The position numbers and the translations under genes are program-made. The notes beneath the pieces were generated by a model, which searched no databases, was not told the DNA's origin, and was given only the letters and a program-made list of their open reading frames with translations. DNA of 62,447 nucleotides. Source: a virus (taxonomy: Duplodnaviria > Caudoviricetes). Positions 1 to 9,538 of the stretch are shown in pieces. Position 1 is the first letter of the stretch. Every line of letters starts with the position of its first letter. The stretch lies in the IMG/VR virus record IMGVR_UViG_3300006919_000053, positions 1-62,447 of that record; one strand, 5' to 3'.

Positions 1-123
1 CTCTGCTGCCGTCATTTCTGATGCGGTCTTTGGTGTCTTTGACGATACTCTTTTTTTAGGTCGACAGTAAGGTGTCCCTCTTTTTTCTCCCTTTTGTCTT
101 CCACATGGTTTTCCTGTGCGAAC
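1..123. repeat. Terminal direct repeat, copy 1 (identical to 62325-62447); circular assembly overlap
   Basis: 123-nt exact match between the window ends; an ORF reads through the junction. Confidence 0.95.
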
Positions 124-189
124 GTCAATCCACTCTTCTTTAAACCATCTTTTAAGGGCTAATCCTTTTTTTGTCTTCCTAACCGCCAT
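1..189 (-). CDS. Small basic K/R-rich phage protein, 5' part; continues across the junction to 62235 (92 aa in total)
   Basis: ATG at 189; MAVRKTKKGLALKRWFKEEWIDVRTGKPCGRQKGEKRGTPYCRP...; stays in frame through the terminal repeat; absent from the ORF track. Confidence 0.8.
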   Translation of the reverse strand, partial: MAVRKTKKGLALKRWFKEEWIDVRTGKPCGRQKGEKRGTPYCRPKKRVSSKTPKTASEMTAAE

Positions 190-409
190 TTTTTAATATA
201 TAATCTTCTAGTTTTTCTAATCGTCTGTCTTGTTCTGCTTTGTCACGCTCCCAATCAGAACGAAGGCCACCTACCTCATCTACAACCTTAGCATCGGTAT
301 CTATAACCTTCGTGTATAATACACCTAGAGAAAAAGCTATCATAGCCACCCAAACTAAAAAGCCTATACTTAATGGTGGTAGTTTTTTTGAAAACTCATC
401 TGGTGTCAT
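179..409 (-). CDS. Small membrane protein, one TM helix plus coiled coil (lysis-region protein)
   Basis: Hydrophobic LSIGFLVWVAMIAFSLGVLY; ATGA coupling with the upstream ORF. Confidence 0.7.
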   Translation of the reverse strand: MTPDEFSKKLPPLSIGFLVWVAMIAFSLGVLYTKVIDTDAKVVDEVGGLRSDWERDKAEQDRRLEKLEDYILKNGG

Positions 410-546
410 TTTTTCTTTCTCGACTTATTGCCCCAGTTTTTTGCTCCTACCTTACGGCATTTAGCTATTGCTCCAGAGGCGTATGCTGAAGGGAATACTC
501 TATATCGTGCTTTTACTTTATGGTAACATGCGTCCTTCTTACTCAT
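406..546 (-). CDS. Small basic protein, 46 aa (MSKKDACYHKVKARYRVFPSAYASGAIAKCRKVGAKNWGNKSRKKK)
   Basis: Translated by hand; ATGA overlaps with both neighbours. Confidence 0.8.
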   Translation of the reverse strand: MSKKDACYHKVKARYRVFPSAYASGAIAKCRKVGAKNWGNKSRKKK

Positions 547-3500
547 CTTTTTTCTCTTTCTTTTTTTCGAGCCCTTCTTCTAGCCTCTTTTTGTCTTTCT
601 CTAGTAGCCTCAGCTCTTTTTCTTTTTGTGTTGATTTCCTTGGCTTTATCTATCTTTTCATTTGGCATACCTAAATTCCAAGTACTCCATCCTAATGCAA
701 GTGCAATTCTCTGCCAAGTTTCATTCTGTTGGTCAGCAGCTTCTTTAAGACCCCTCATCATTTGTATTACCTTGTCTGCTGGTAAGTTAACAGAAAAGTC
801 GGCTAACGACGCCACAACATCTATAGCTGGGTTGTCGATGTCGTAACCAAGGTCATCCATAATCTCTTTGTTGTAATTGTAGTTTTGATATGCACCTTGA
901 TAAAGTGTTCTTGCTTTAATACCAATCGGAGCTGAAAGGTTAAGAACCTCGATGGCTGTATAGACATGGTCTTTCTTAAATCCTTTTTCTTCTTGACGCA
1001 TATATTCTAAAGCAGCATTCTTAGCCGTAGCCATAATAACACCGTGATAACCTGTACCTTTTAGCATGGTGTCCAAAGTGTTGTTAATTGTCCTTATTAG
1101 TCTTTTTTCTTTTTCAGCATCAAACTCTTCTTTCTCATCTTCATCTGGAGCGTCTCCCAAAAACGCAAACAAGGCTTGTTGTAATCCAGAGAATATAAGA
1201 CCCTGTACAAATCCATAATAAGCTATTTTACTTATATTGGTCTTTAAATCACCCCTTCTATTTATTATATCAGAACTGGCTTTAGAGACAATTCTATAGT
1301 ACTGCATTGGTGTGTTTTGGAATGCTAAGAATACACGACCTACAGAGTTTGTTTGTTGCATAGAGAGTTTGTCTGGTCTTGCAGATTGCTGAGACGTTTC
1401 TGTTATCTCAATAAAATCTAACCACGCCTGGTCATGAGCTTCTTTCTCTGTCAACCCCTCTCTCATATAGGCATTCTTTCTATTTCTGTACATCGTAGCA
1501 CCTCCAATAGATATAGCCATACTATCCCCTATTTGTGTAAGTGTGAATCCGTATTGTAGAAGCTTGTCAATAAAACCTCTAACTCCATCTGCACCACCCT
1601 TTCTAAGTTCGTTCGCAAACACAGCAGCCTCTACTTCAGTCTTCAATCCCCCTCTTCTTTCTTTAAGATAATCGGAATTAAATATTCTAGCAAAGTCTTT
1701 AGAATATTGAGGTATATTAGCAAAAGCTTTTGCAGCCTGTATAGGATTGTTGTCTGTCCAGTTAAAATAGTTTGCAAAAGACAATAACTGCAATACAGCT
1801 GAACGTCTATTCAAGAACATCGTTACAGCAACAGAGCCAGTAAGCCATTTTTGGAACCCAGACATTTCCTTGCTTGTTTTTTCTGGAATAACCTTACCCT
1901 TTTTCATGCTGTATAGCATTTCTTCTAACGCATTTCTATAGTCAGTTCCGTAAGAAGCTTCTATCTTATTCAAGTTATTTTCGGAAAATATAGCGTCGAC
2001 ATTAGTCTGCCACTCCTCCAAGTATTCAGACCTCTTTACATTATCAATTATCCTTTCTACATCTCTAAATACAGAGCCTACAGTCCAGCTTGTTTGTGGT
2101 TCTACCCATTTGGTAGTGTCTCCAGTAAGCTCCATCAAGAAAGTCGCATAAGCAGTCATGTCCTTGTTAGCACGAACAATACTCGTCATGGTATTTACAT
2201 CAGCCTCAGACAACCCCATTGACTTAGGAGTTGCACCAGACATGGTGTACATATACACCCTTAAAGCTTGGTCGTTTGTAAAATCTTTATATCCAGACTT
2301 TTTACCTAAAGATTTTTTTACAACTTCAAACTCTTTGTTTAAGTCTTTGAAATCTCTAGATATTTTCTGTCTAGCTTGAACCAATCCTACATAAGCTCTG
2401 TTGAAAGGGTCTATAAGTGTTTTCTTAAAGAACTTCATTTGAGCGTCTCCTTCTTTCCCTTTACCTAAAAAAGAATACAAGAATCCGTTAAAATCATCTG
2501 CTGTCGGAGATAGAGATCTAAATGTCTTTTTTCTTCTAAAAGCTCTAACTTCAGCTTCTGATTTAGATAGTCTTTCTCTGACTGGTATACCTGTTTTACC
2601 TTTAAGTATACCACCCATCATATCCTCCATCATTTTGGCTTCTTGGTCTTTAGTCCTCATTTCTCCATCAACAATACTTGCCTGGGCAAAAGACTCTGTA
2701 TTATATTTTACTTTTAGTAACTCATATCTGCTTTTAGCTAAATCAAATCTTGGGCCCACGGCTGTAAATTTAGTAAAAAACTTTTTTCCCAAACTCAATA
2801 TAAAACCAGTCGTTTCATTGTCTATATACTTTGTTATATCTTCAGAAAAAAACGCTGTTCTATATGGTTTTAAATGAGAGATATTGTTTGTTATAGCAGC
2901 TCTTAAAATAGCCAAATCATAAACCATAGCTGGTATTATGTGCTCCCATCTAATTCCAGGCATTATAGTTGAAAGCAAACTTTGTCTTCTGGTTATAGAC
3001 CCGAGTCTTTTAAACCCTCCGCTGGTATCAACTAGTTTTTCTGAAGCGAAAGCAACTCTTCTTGCTTTTTCTTGCGCGCTTATTCCTTTTTGATTAACCC
3101 AATCTCCGTATGCACTTGCTGTTAATTTTATTAAATCAAGCCTTATGTCGTTTTTTACTTGTGTACCTTCAGATTTTATTAGATTTACTATTTCTTTCAG
3201 TTTTACTGTAGGACTTACCCCTTCTTTCTTCCATATATCTCTTAATTTTTTAGCTACCTGGTCCCCAGTCATAGGCATTTTACCGCCATTCTTTTTTATA
3301 TTTTTTACAAGGCGCTCGGCTATATTTTTAGTTCCCTTACTTGCAATAGAGTCTCCTTTTAATTCTTGTATTTTAAATTCTACTTCATTTATAGTTGGTA
3401 TATCATTAAGGTCGTCCAAACTTTCAGCTAAAGAGCTTCTATCATTTCTATCTTTTATAACTACTTCGCTTAACTCTCCAGATAAACTACGAGATCTAGT

Positions 3501-6500
3501 CTTATCACCGACTACAAAGGCAGTTTTTCTTGTTATTCCACCTAAATGCCTAAGAAGTACAGGTCCTGTTACTTCTCGTATGTATTCAGGGATTATGTTT
3601 ATTATTGCTAAACCATAATTAACATGCTTAGTAGCTGTTTCAATGTCTATTAATGTCTTTTCTCCTCTGTACTGCGGTTTTATTTTTTCGAGCTCTTCTG
3701 CAACCAACTTTACATCCACATATTTATCAAAAAGAGAAATGTATTGGGTTAATCTACTTCTTTTGTTTTCTAACTGTAACAGTTTACTTATTGCAAATCT
3801 CTTGCTTAAATCAATTATATCACCATTAGGTAAAAGAAGTTCATAATCTTTTTTCAACCGACCGAAAGAGGCTTGGGCTATATTCTTACCTACAGCGGCA
3901 TCGTTTATTGCCAATATAGACATACCCTTTTCCTCCATTTTAACCCTTGCCCTGGTGTTTGTGTTAAGTTTACCAAATAAGTCAAGCATAGCTCTTCTTG
4001 TTTGAGACTCTGGGCTTTTTGGCTTTATATCTGGGTTGTGTGTACCATCTGGGTTTATTCCTAAAGCACTTAAAAAATCGTCTTTTGTTAAGTTTTTCTT
4101 TAAAACAAACGGCTCTAATCCAGCTCCTTTTCTTCCAATACCCTCTTGCTTACTAACAAGTCTTTCACCCTTTTCATAGAAAGCATTTAGTATTTTTCTA
4201 GGAAGACCTGTTCCTGTACCTATAAGTTTTTCTGATATTACAAGCTCTTGGTTCCCCTCTAGTATTGCTCCAAACGGCATTATTTCGAGAATAGAGTCGG
4301 CCATCTCGTATAATACTGGAGCTGAAGAAATAAGCTCCGATGTGTTTAGATTTTGAGAAGCTTTTTCAATAACAGACTCCCTTACGTCAAATACTTTTGC
4401 AAGAGTAGACACCACTAAGTTTGGTGTATTTTTAAATAATAATCCTTCTAGACTTATATTTTCTATTTTTGAATCTATTTCAGATATAGCCTCTTGTCTG
4501 AACTGCTCTGGTATTATATCTACTGGGTCTATTAAATCAGACTCAACTTCCTCTTGTGCTTCTAGAGTATCAAACTCATCAAAAGAAACTTCCTCTGAAG
4601 CAATATCTACTCTTTCGTCGATGTTTTGGTTAAACTTCTGGCCAACAACTTCACCTTCTTTCAACACATTAATCATCCTGTTTTGGAGCTGTGCGTTGAC
4701 ATATCCGTAAAAGCTATCGTTTATTGAAGGGTCAAACAGTTTTAAATAACCGTCTGTTATAGTGCCATCTTTCTTTTTTCTACCAATAACCATGTTCATA
4801 AAAACTTGGCTTGTAAAATCTTCCATTGAAAACCCTGGTAAGCTTTCAAGATTCACTATGTCTCCAGATAAAGTTCTAAACCTTTTGGCTTTTATCTTTA
4901 TCATATTCTCAATAGTCTCCATAACTTCAAAAGGAGTTACTTCTGGGTTAAAAGTTTCTGGATTGCCAGCTTCGTCTAATATGGTTTTGAAGTCACTTTG
5001 AGATGCTTTCTTAATAAAAGGCTTCAAAGACTCCTCTTCTTTTGCGTTCAAAGTGTCTAACGAGTCTTCGTACTCAAAATCACTTAAATTACCATTGATG
5101 TATCTGTCGTAAAGAGCGTCTTTTTCAGACTGAATGCTTGACTGAACTACATTTGCCTTACTTTTATTTTTAGCGTTGACAAAATCATCCAATAGACTTG
5201 GGTCTATATTTCCTGTTGAAGCCTGTGTAGTTATTGAGTTTATTAAATCTAATAAGTCTTTAGGGGTTTTTATATTAATATCAAACTTAATGTCGTCCTT
5301 ATATTTTTCTTTTAATTTTTTATTGAATCTATTATTAAAGACCCCTTTCATTTTATCTACAAGGTTTCCTGTGTCTGACATATCTATAATGTTCTTTGAT
5401 ATAGCGTCAGAAAGCATTGAAAAACCTTCTCCTTTTATAAGTCTATCATTGTAGTTTTCTCCCCTTTTTGTTATGAAATCCCTTAAATTTTCTCTTTGTT
5501 TTTTAGGAAGAACTTTTATTACCTCATTAAAGAAATCATTTTGCGCATCAAAATTACCATCAGAAACACCAAACATCCTATTTATTATAGGGTGTATTAT
5601 TTCGTGAACCGCAACATTGAATTGCATTTCGGTTCCCCCTTCACCTTTCATTTTGGCCTTGTTTAAAAATATAACATTCTTATCAGTAACCTCATCAAAT
5701 AAGAGTACTCCACCAAGACCCTTTTTTAATTTTCTTTTATCTTTTGGCCCTTCAAAGTATTGGTCGTCTTGCTCTAAACCTTCCTCTATTAAGCGTTGAG
5801 CTAATTCAGCGTCATTATTTAATAATTCCGATTGAATACCTAAAAATTCAGATAATTTTGATACAGACTCAACGTTATTATCAGCAACTCTAGACATGCC
5901 AGACCTAAGTATTAATAATCTTTGAGCGAACAAAGACCTAGCTTCTTTTTCTTGAGCATCCGTTAGTTCTGAAGATTGAAATTTTAAATCTGAAATCTTT
6001 GTGTTAAGATCAACTAGGGCTCTTTTTTCTAAAACACTTAGAGAATCAATAACCATAGCTGATGTTCGGAAGCTATCTTCTAACCCCTTATAAGCATCTG
6101 TCATTTCTTGAGATGCTCTTTCAAAAGCAGCTTGCTGTTCTGGAGTTCTGTTTTCTTTTCCTATAGCACTCAGTCTATCAAACTCTCTTTTTGCTTTTTC
6201 GGCTTGTTGAGATAATCTTATATTTTCCCTACTTGTTTTATCTGTAGACATGAACCTACCAACTTCTGCCGCCAAAACAGGAGTTTGAAACATTGAACCT
6301 AATGCAGCTCCAGAAATAAAAGCCTCATCTACACCGTCAAAAATACCGACGTTTTTCTTATCTAAAATATATATATCTGTTAGGTTTTGACCTATCTGAG
6401 CTATTGACTCGGAAATACCCTCTTCGGTAATATCTGAAAACGCTTCTTTAAATTCTCTTTTTAAACTAGGGAGTTGTATTCGCATGAGATTTGACAACTC

Positions 6501-8204
6501 TTCTCCTTGAGGTAATCTTTTAGATACTTTCTCGGCTATTTTCCTAGTAGCTTTATTGAACTTATTCAGCTTTATTTTTTCTGAAAATGTTTCAAAACCT
6601 CCGTAAGCAACAGGGGACGCTATTTGTTCGAATATATTGTAATCAGCTCCCTCAGATATTTCCTCGTCTATCTCTTTTATTTTAGCTCCAGCTCCAGACA
6701 TTCCCATTAAATATATTCCCGTTTGAGGCATTGTTGCTGTTAGAGCTAAGTTTGCTGTTTGGCCACTGGCTAAATCAAACAAGAAAGTTCCTATATCTGA
6801 AAGAGACTTAACATCATCTATAGATTTATCTCTTCTTACAGTATCTTTTATATTTTCTGAAGCATCCGACAAGTAGTCTGAAGCTTGTAATATTTTTTTC
6901 CTAGCTTCCTTGTTTCCTTTTAAATATTGTTTTATAGGAAAAGGCATTGACTCTATAAACTCTTCATAATCTTCTTCGCCCATTATTCTCTCTGCCAAGC
7001 CAAACTTAGAGTATTCTGCTCCAAATCTACCTAAATTACCTACTATATCTACTGCTGAAGAGACTACATTTGCAGAGCCTTTATCAAAACTATCATAACT
7101 TTTTAAAGACTGCATTGCTATTTGCTTATAGTCTTCCATGTTTGATAATGATTCTGAATATTCTTCGTTTAAAGTTTTAAGTTGGTTTTCCTTAAACTTT
7201 ACTCCATCGTAAAGGGATTCATACCTTTCAATATCGACTTGCTCTAACCCTCCTTGAGCCTTTGCTTTATCTTGTAACTTTAAAATTTCTTTAATATCTT
7301 TTTCAGCGTCAGCTACAATTAAAGACGATTTCTTGTCGATGTCGTCAGCTTTTTTCTGTTGCTCCTCAGAATATGTGTCAAAAGAAGACGCAAGACTTGC
7401 TCTCTTAGCCTCGTAATCATATCTTTTTTTGCTTTTTTTGATATTAACTGGGGACCTAGCGATTGCTTTGGCATAAAAATCACTGATATTATCAAAAAAT
7501 CCAGGACCATATTCATCTTCAAACTCAGAAAGAATATCTTCTTGTAATTTTAATTTTTGATCAATAACCTTAGATTCTACATATAAGTCTTTAGCTTTTT
7601 GTGTTATGTTTTCTTCTGATAAATCTCCTTTTCTTTCTTTTATTATTTTTTTTGCGTCTTCAATAAAATCTTCGTATGGGTATTTTTGAACAGATACCTT
7701 TTTGCTTCCTGACCCTTGATAAAACTTAGCTTCTTCTGGAGGCATTAATCCAGACTCTCGGTACTCCTTAAAAGACATCGTTTCTGTCACCTCTATAGGG
7801 CCAGAGTTTGCTTCTTGCTTGAATAGTTCTCTTTGAGACTCAGCTTGATTTAAAGTAGATACAAGTCTATCTTGATAAGGTTTTAATTCCTCATCTAATT
7901 TAGAGTCTATTTTTGGTGATTCCAATAAAGTATCTTCCGAAGGAGATTCCATATCTGGAGTTTCGGGTGCTGCAACCTCCTCCACAGGCGCACCCGCTTC
8001 CTGTGGTGTTGTCTTTGCTGTTTGCGGAATTTCAAATTTAAATTGAGTTTTAAACTCTTCAAAAGATTTTGTATAATCTTCATTTTCATTTAAAGCACTG
8101 TAAAGAGCTTTTACTGACTCTTCACTATTGAATTGTTCCTTAAATTCCTCAAAAGATTTAGTATAATCCCCAGAAGAAAAAAGAGCGTTGTATAATTCCT
8201 CCAT
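543..8204 (-). CDS. Giant internal virion/ejection (polyvalent) protein with a zincin HExxH motif and a putative embedded sigma-factor-like module
   Basis: 2553 aa; last of three ejection-type genes after the tail genes; N-terminal duplicated LYxAL..DYTKSFEEFKxQF; VHEIIH at ~5592-5606; sigma-like segment at ~4345-4930; helical C-terminus. Confidence 0.75.
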   Translation of the reverse strand: MEELYNALFSSGDYTKSFEEFKEQFNSEESVKALYSALNENEDYTKSFEEFKTQFKFEIPQTAKTTPQEAGAPVEEVAAPETPDMESPSEDTLLESPKIDSKLDEELKPYQDRLVSTLNQAESQRELFKQEANSGPIEVTETMSFKEYRESGLMPPEEAKFYQGSGSKKVSVQKYPYEDFIEDAKKIIKERKGDLSEENITQKAKDLYVESKVIDQKLKLQEDILSEFEDEYGPGFFDNISDFYAKAIARSPVNIKKSKKRYDYEAKRASLASSFDTYSEEQQKKADDIDKKSSLIVADAEKDIKEILKLQDKAKAQGGLEQVDIERYESLYDGVKFKENQLKTLNEEYSESLSNMEDYKQIAMQSLKSYDSFDKGSANVVSSAVDIVGNLGRFGAEYSKFGLAERIMGEEDYEEFIESMPFPIKQYLKGNKEARKKILQASDYLSDASENIKDTVRRDKSIDDVKSLSDIGTFLFDLASGQTANLALTATMPQTGIYLMGMSGAGAKIKEIDEEISEGADYNIFEQIASPVAYGGFETFSEKIKLNKFNKATRKIAEKVSKRLPQGEELSNLMRIQLPSLKREFKEAFSDITEEGISESIAQIGQNLTDIYILDKKNVGIFDGVDEAFISGAALGSMFQTPVLAAEVGRFMSTDKTSRENIRLSQQAEKAKREFDRLSAIGKENRTPEQQAAFERASQEMTDAYKGLEDSFRTSAMVIDSLSVLEKRALVDLNTKISDLKFQSSELTDAQEKEARSLFAQRLLILRSGMSRVADNNVESVSKLSEFLGIQSELLNNDAELAQRLIEEGLEQDDQYFEGPKDKRKLKKGLGGVLLFDEVTDKNVIFLNKAKMKGEGGTEMQFNVAVHEIIHPIINRMFGVSDGNFDAQNDFFNEVIKVLPKKQRENLRDFITKRGENYNDRLIKGEGFSMLSDAISKNIIDMSDTGNLVDKMKGVFNNRFNKKLKEKYKDDIKFDINIKTPKDLLDLINSITTQASTGNIDPSLLDDFVNAKNKSKANVVQSSIQSEKDALYDRYINGNLSDFEYEDSLDTLNAKEEESLKPFIKKASQSDFKTILDEAGNPETFNPEVTPFEVMETIENMIKIKAKRFRTLSGDIVNLESLPGFSMEDFTSQVFMNMVIGRKKKDGTITDGYLKLFDPSINDSFYGYVNAQLQNRMINVLKEGEVVGQKFNQNIDERVDIASEEVSFDEFDTLEAQEEVESDLIDPVDIIPEQFRQEAISEIDSKIENISLEGLLFKNTPNLVVSTLAKVFDVRESVIEKASQNLNTSELISSAPVLYEMADSILEIMPFGAILEGNQELVISEKLIGTGTGLPRKILNAFYEKGERLVSKQEGIGRKGAGLEPFVLKKNLTKDDFLSALGINPDGTHNPDIKPKSPESQTRRAMLDLFGKLNTNTRARVKMEEKGMSILAINDAAVGKNIAQASFGRLKKDYELLLPNGDIIDLSKRFAISKLLQLENKRSRLTQYISLFDKYVDVKLVAEELEKIKPQYRGEKTLIDIETATKHVNYGLAIINIIPEYIREVTGPVLLRHLGGITRKTAFVVGDKTRSRSLSGELSEVVIKDRNDRSSLAESLDDLNDIPTINEVEFKIQELKGDSIASKGTKNIAERLVKNIKKNGGKMPMTGDQVAKKLRDIWKKEGVSPTVKLKEIVNLIKSEGTQVKNDIRLDLIKLTASAYGDWVNQKGISAQEKARRVAFASEKLVDTSGGFKRLGSITRRQSLLSTIMPGIRWEHIIPAMVYDLAILRAAITNNISHLKPYRTAFFSEDITKYIDNETTGFILSLGKKFFTKFTAVGPRFDLAKSRYELLKVKYNTESFAQASIVDGEMRTKDQEAKMMEDMMGGILKGKTGIPVRERLSKSEAEVRAFRRKKTFRSLSPTADDFNGFLYSFLGKGKEGDAQMKFFKKTLIDPFNRAYVGLVQARQKISRDFKDLNKEFEVVKKSLGKKSGYKDFTNDQALRVYMYTMSGATPKSMGLSEADVNTMTSIVRANKDMTAYATFLMELTGDTTKWVEPQTSWTVGSVFRDVERIIDNVKRSEYLEEWQTNVDAIFSENNLNKIEASYGTDYRNALEEMLYSMKKGKVIPEKTSKEMSGFQKWLTGSVAVTMFLNRRSAVLQLLSFANYFNWTDNNPIQAAKAFANIPQYSKDFARIFNSDYLKERRGGLKTEVEAAVFANELRKGGADGVRGFIDKLLQYGFTLTQIGDSMAISIGGATMYRNRKNAYMREGLTEKEAHDQAWLDFIEITETSQQSARPDKLSMQQTNSVGRVFLAFQNTPMQYYRIVSKASSDIINRRGDLKTNISKIAYYGFVQGLIFSGLQQALFAFLGDAPDEDEKEEFDAEKEKRLIRTINNTLDTMLKGTGYHGVIMATAKNAALEYMRQEEKGFKKDHVYTAIEVLNLSAPIGIKARTLYQGAYQNYNYNKEIMDDLGYDIDNPAIDVVASLADFSVNLPADKVIQMMRGLKEAADQQNETWQRIALALGWSTWNLGMPNEKIDKAKEINTKRKRAEATRERQKEARRRARKKEREKR

Positions 8205-9527
8205 TTATTCTTTTGTTCCTGATTTTATATTATCGTATTTTCCTCCTTTATTACTTGCATAAGCTCCAGTACCTCTAACTCTGTTCATAAAATGCTCAAA
8301 AGCTATCCTTCTTTCAGACTTGCTATAGGTGGAAGTGTCGAAATAACTGTCGAATATGTCTTCATATAGACGTTCTCTTTTACCTTTATTAGTTACTAAA
8401 TTAATCATTTCTTTCTCTTGTGGCAAATATTCTCTTTCGCTTTTGATTTTTTTCTGGTCTCTTGCAAAGCCATAAGGTTCGATAGTTAATTGGCCAGTTT
8501 TGTTGTCATAAACAGCTTTTTTATTCAAAGAACGACTTAGTACTGTGCTGAAATCAGTTCTTGCGCTATCAAACAATTCATCTGCCTTTTTCTCTAACTC
8601 TTCTTTAGATAATTCTTTGCCAGTACCGTCACTTTTAGATGATTCTTGAGTATTTTTTCTTTGATAATAACCCCTTAACTCAGCGCTATCATATACAGAA
8701 CCTATAACTTTCTTGAATAAGTCATCTGACATTTCTGTAAACTGAATAGACTCAAAATCATCTCCGTAAACTTTTTTAGCTTCAGGGTCTCCATAAAACC
8801 TTCCTTTCATTGTGGAGTTTGTTTCATTGCTAAAAAGGTAACTCCAGAACTCTGGGTCACCTTCTTCTCTAATTGTGCTTGCAAAAATATTTCTTAACTT
8901 ATCTTCTTCTATTTCAGTTCCAGCTTTGGCAGCATTTTCCATATACTTAAAAGCCTCTTTCTTGAATGTAGACGTCATTTTATTGTACTCATCCCTAAAA
9001 TCTGTCTTGTTCATAAATCTAGCAGAGGCAAGTTCATCTAAAGTTATTTCTCCGAAATCACCCACAATCTTTAAGTCAAGGCCTTTTCCTACAATATTTA
9101 CACTTTTATCCCCTCTAGTTAAAGCTGATTTTAAGGCAGATAATTTGGCTGAGTTTCTGCTATCCCAGTCTTTTGGGTCGATACCAGCTAACTCTCCTAA
9201 TCTTGCTACAGTGTTTTTTACAGTTGAAACCTGTCTTATCATCTTAGCTTGCTCAGAAGCGCTTGCTGTTGCAAAACTACCATCATCTATAATAGAGTCT
9301 ATGGACTTTTGAAGCCCGTCCATTATTCTGGTATCTAAGTTAGCTATACCGCTTAGGTCAGAAGTGTTGTACGCTCCAGCTAAAGCCTCATCTTGCTCTT
9401 TGGCTATACGTTCTTTTTCTAATCGCTCCTTCTCAAATTTAGCTTGCATTGAGGAAAAGCCAGCATCAAAGCCTCTTTGTAAAGCGCTTGGGTCTGCGAA
9501 AAATATTTGTGGATTTCTATAACTCAT
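8205..9527 (-). CDS. Putative internal virion/ejection protein
   Basis: 440 aa, helical and charged; lies between the pilot-like gene and the giant protein. Confidence 0.6.
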   Translation of the reverse strand: MSYRNPQIFFADPSALQRGFDAGFSSMQAKFEKERLEKERIAKEQDEALAGAYNTSDLSGIANLDTRIMDGLQKSIDSIIDDGSFATASASEQAKMIRQVSTVKNTVARLGELAGIDPKDWDSRNSAKLSALKSALTRGDKSVNIVGKGLDLKIVGDFGEITLDELASARFMNKTDFRDEYNKMTSTFKKEAFKYMENAAKAGTEIEEDKLRNIFASTIREEGDPEFWSYLFSNETNSTMKGRFYGDPEAKKVYGDDFESIQFTEMSDDLFKKVIGSVYDSAELRGYYQRKNTQESSKSDGTGKELSKEELEKKADELFDSARTDFSTVLSRSLNKKAVYDNKTGQLTIEPYGFARDQKKIKSEREYLPQEKEMINLVTNKGKRERLYEDIFDSYFDTSTYSKSERRIAFEHFMNRVRGTGAYASNKGGKYDNIKSGTKE

Positions 9528-9538
9528 TATATTCCTTT

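Noticed and set aside
1-123. 123-bp terminal repeat as the biological genome terminus
   Set aside because: It falls in the middle of an ORF that reads through the junction, which is typical of an assembler circular overlap
2925-2955. WEHIIP in the giant protein as an HNH nuclease motif
   Set aside because: The downstream N and H/N residues of the HNH pattern are not evident; too short to support a call
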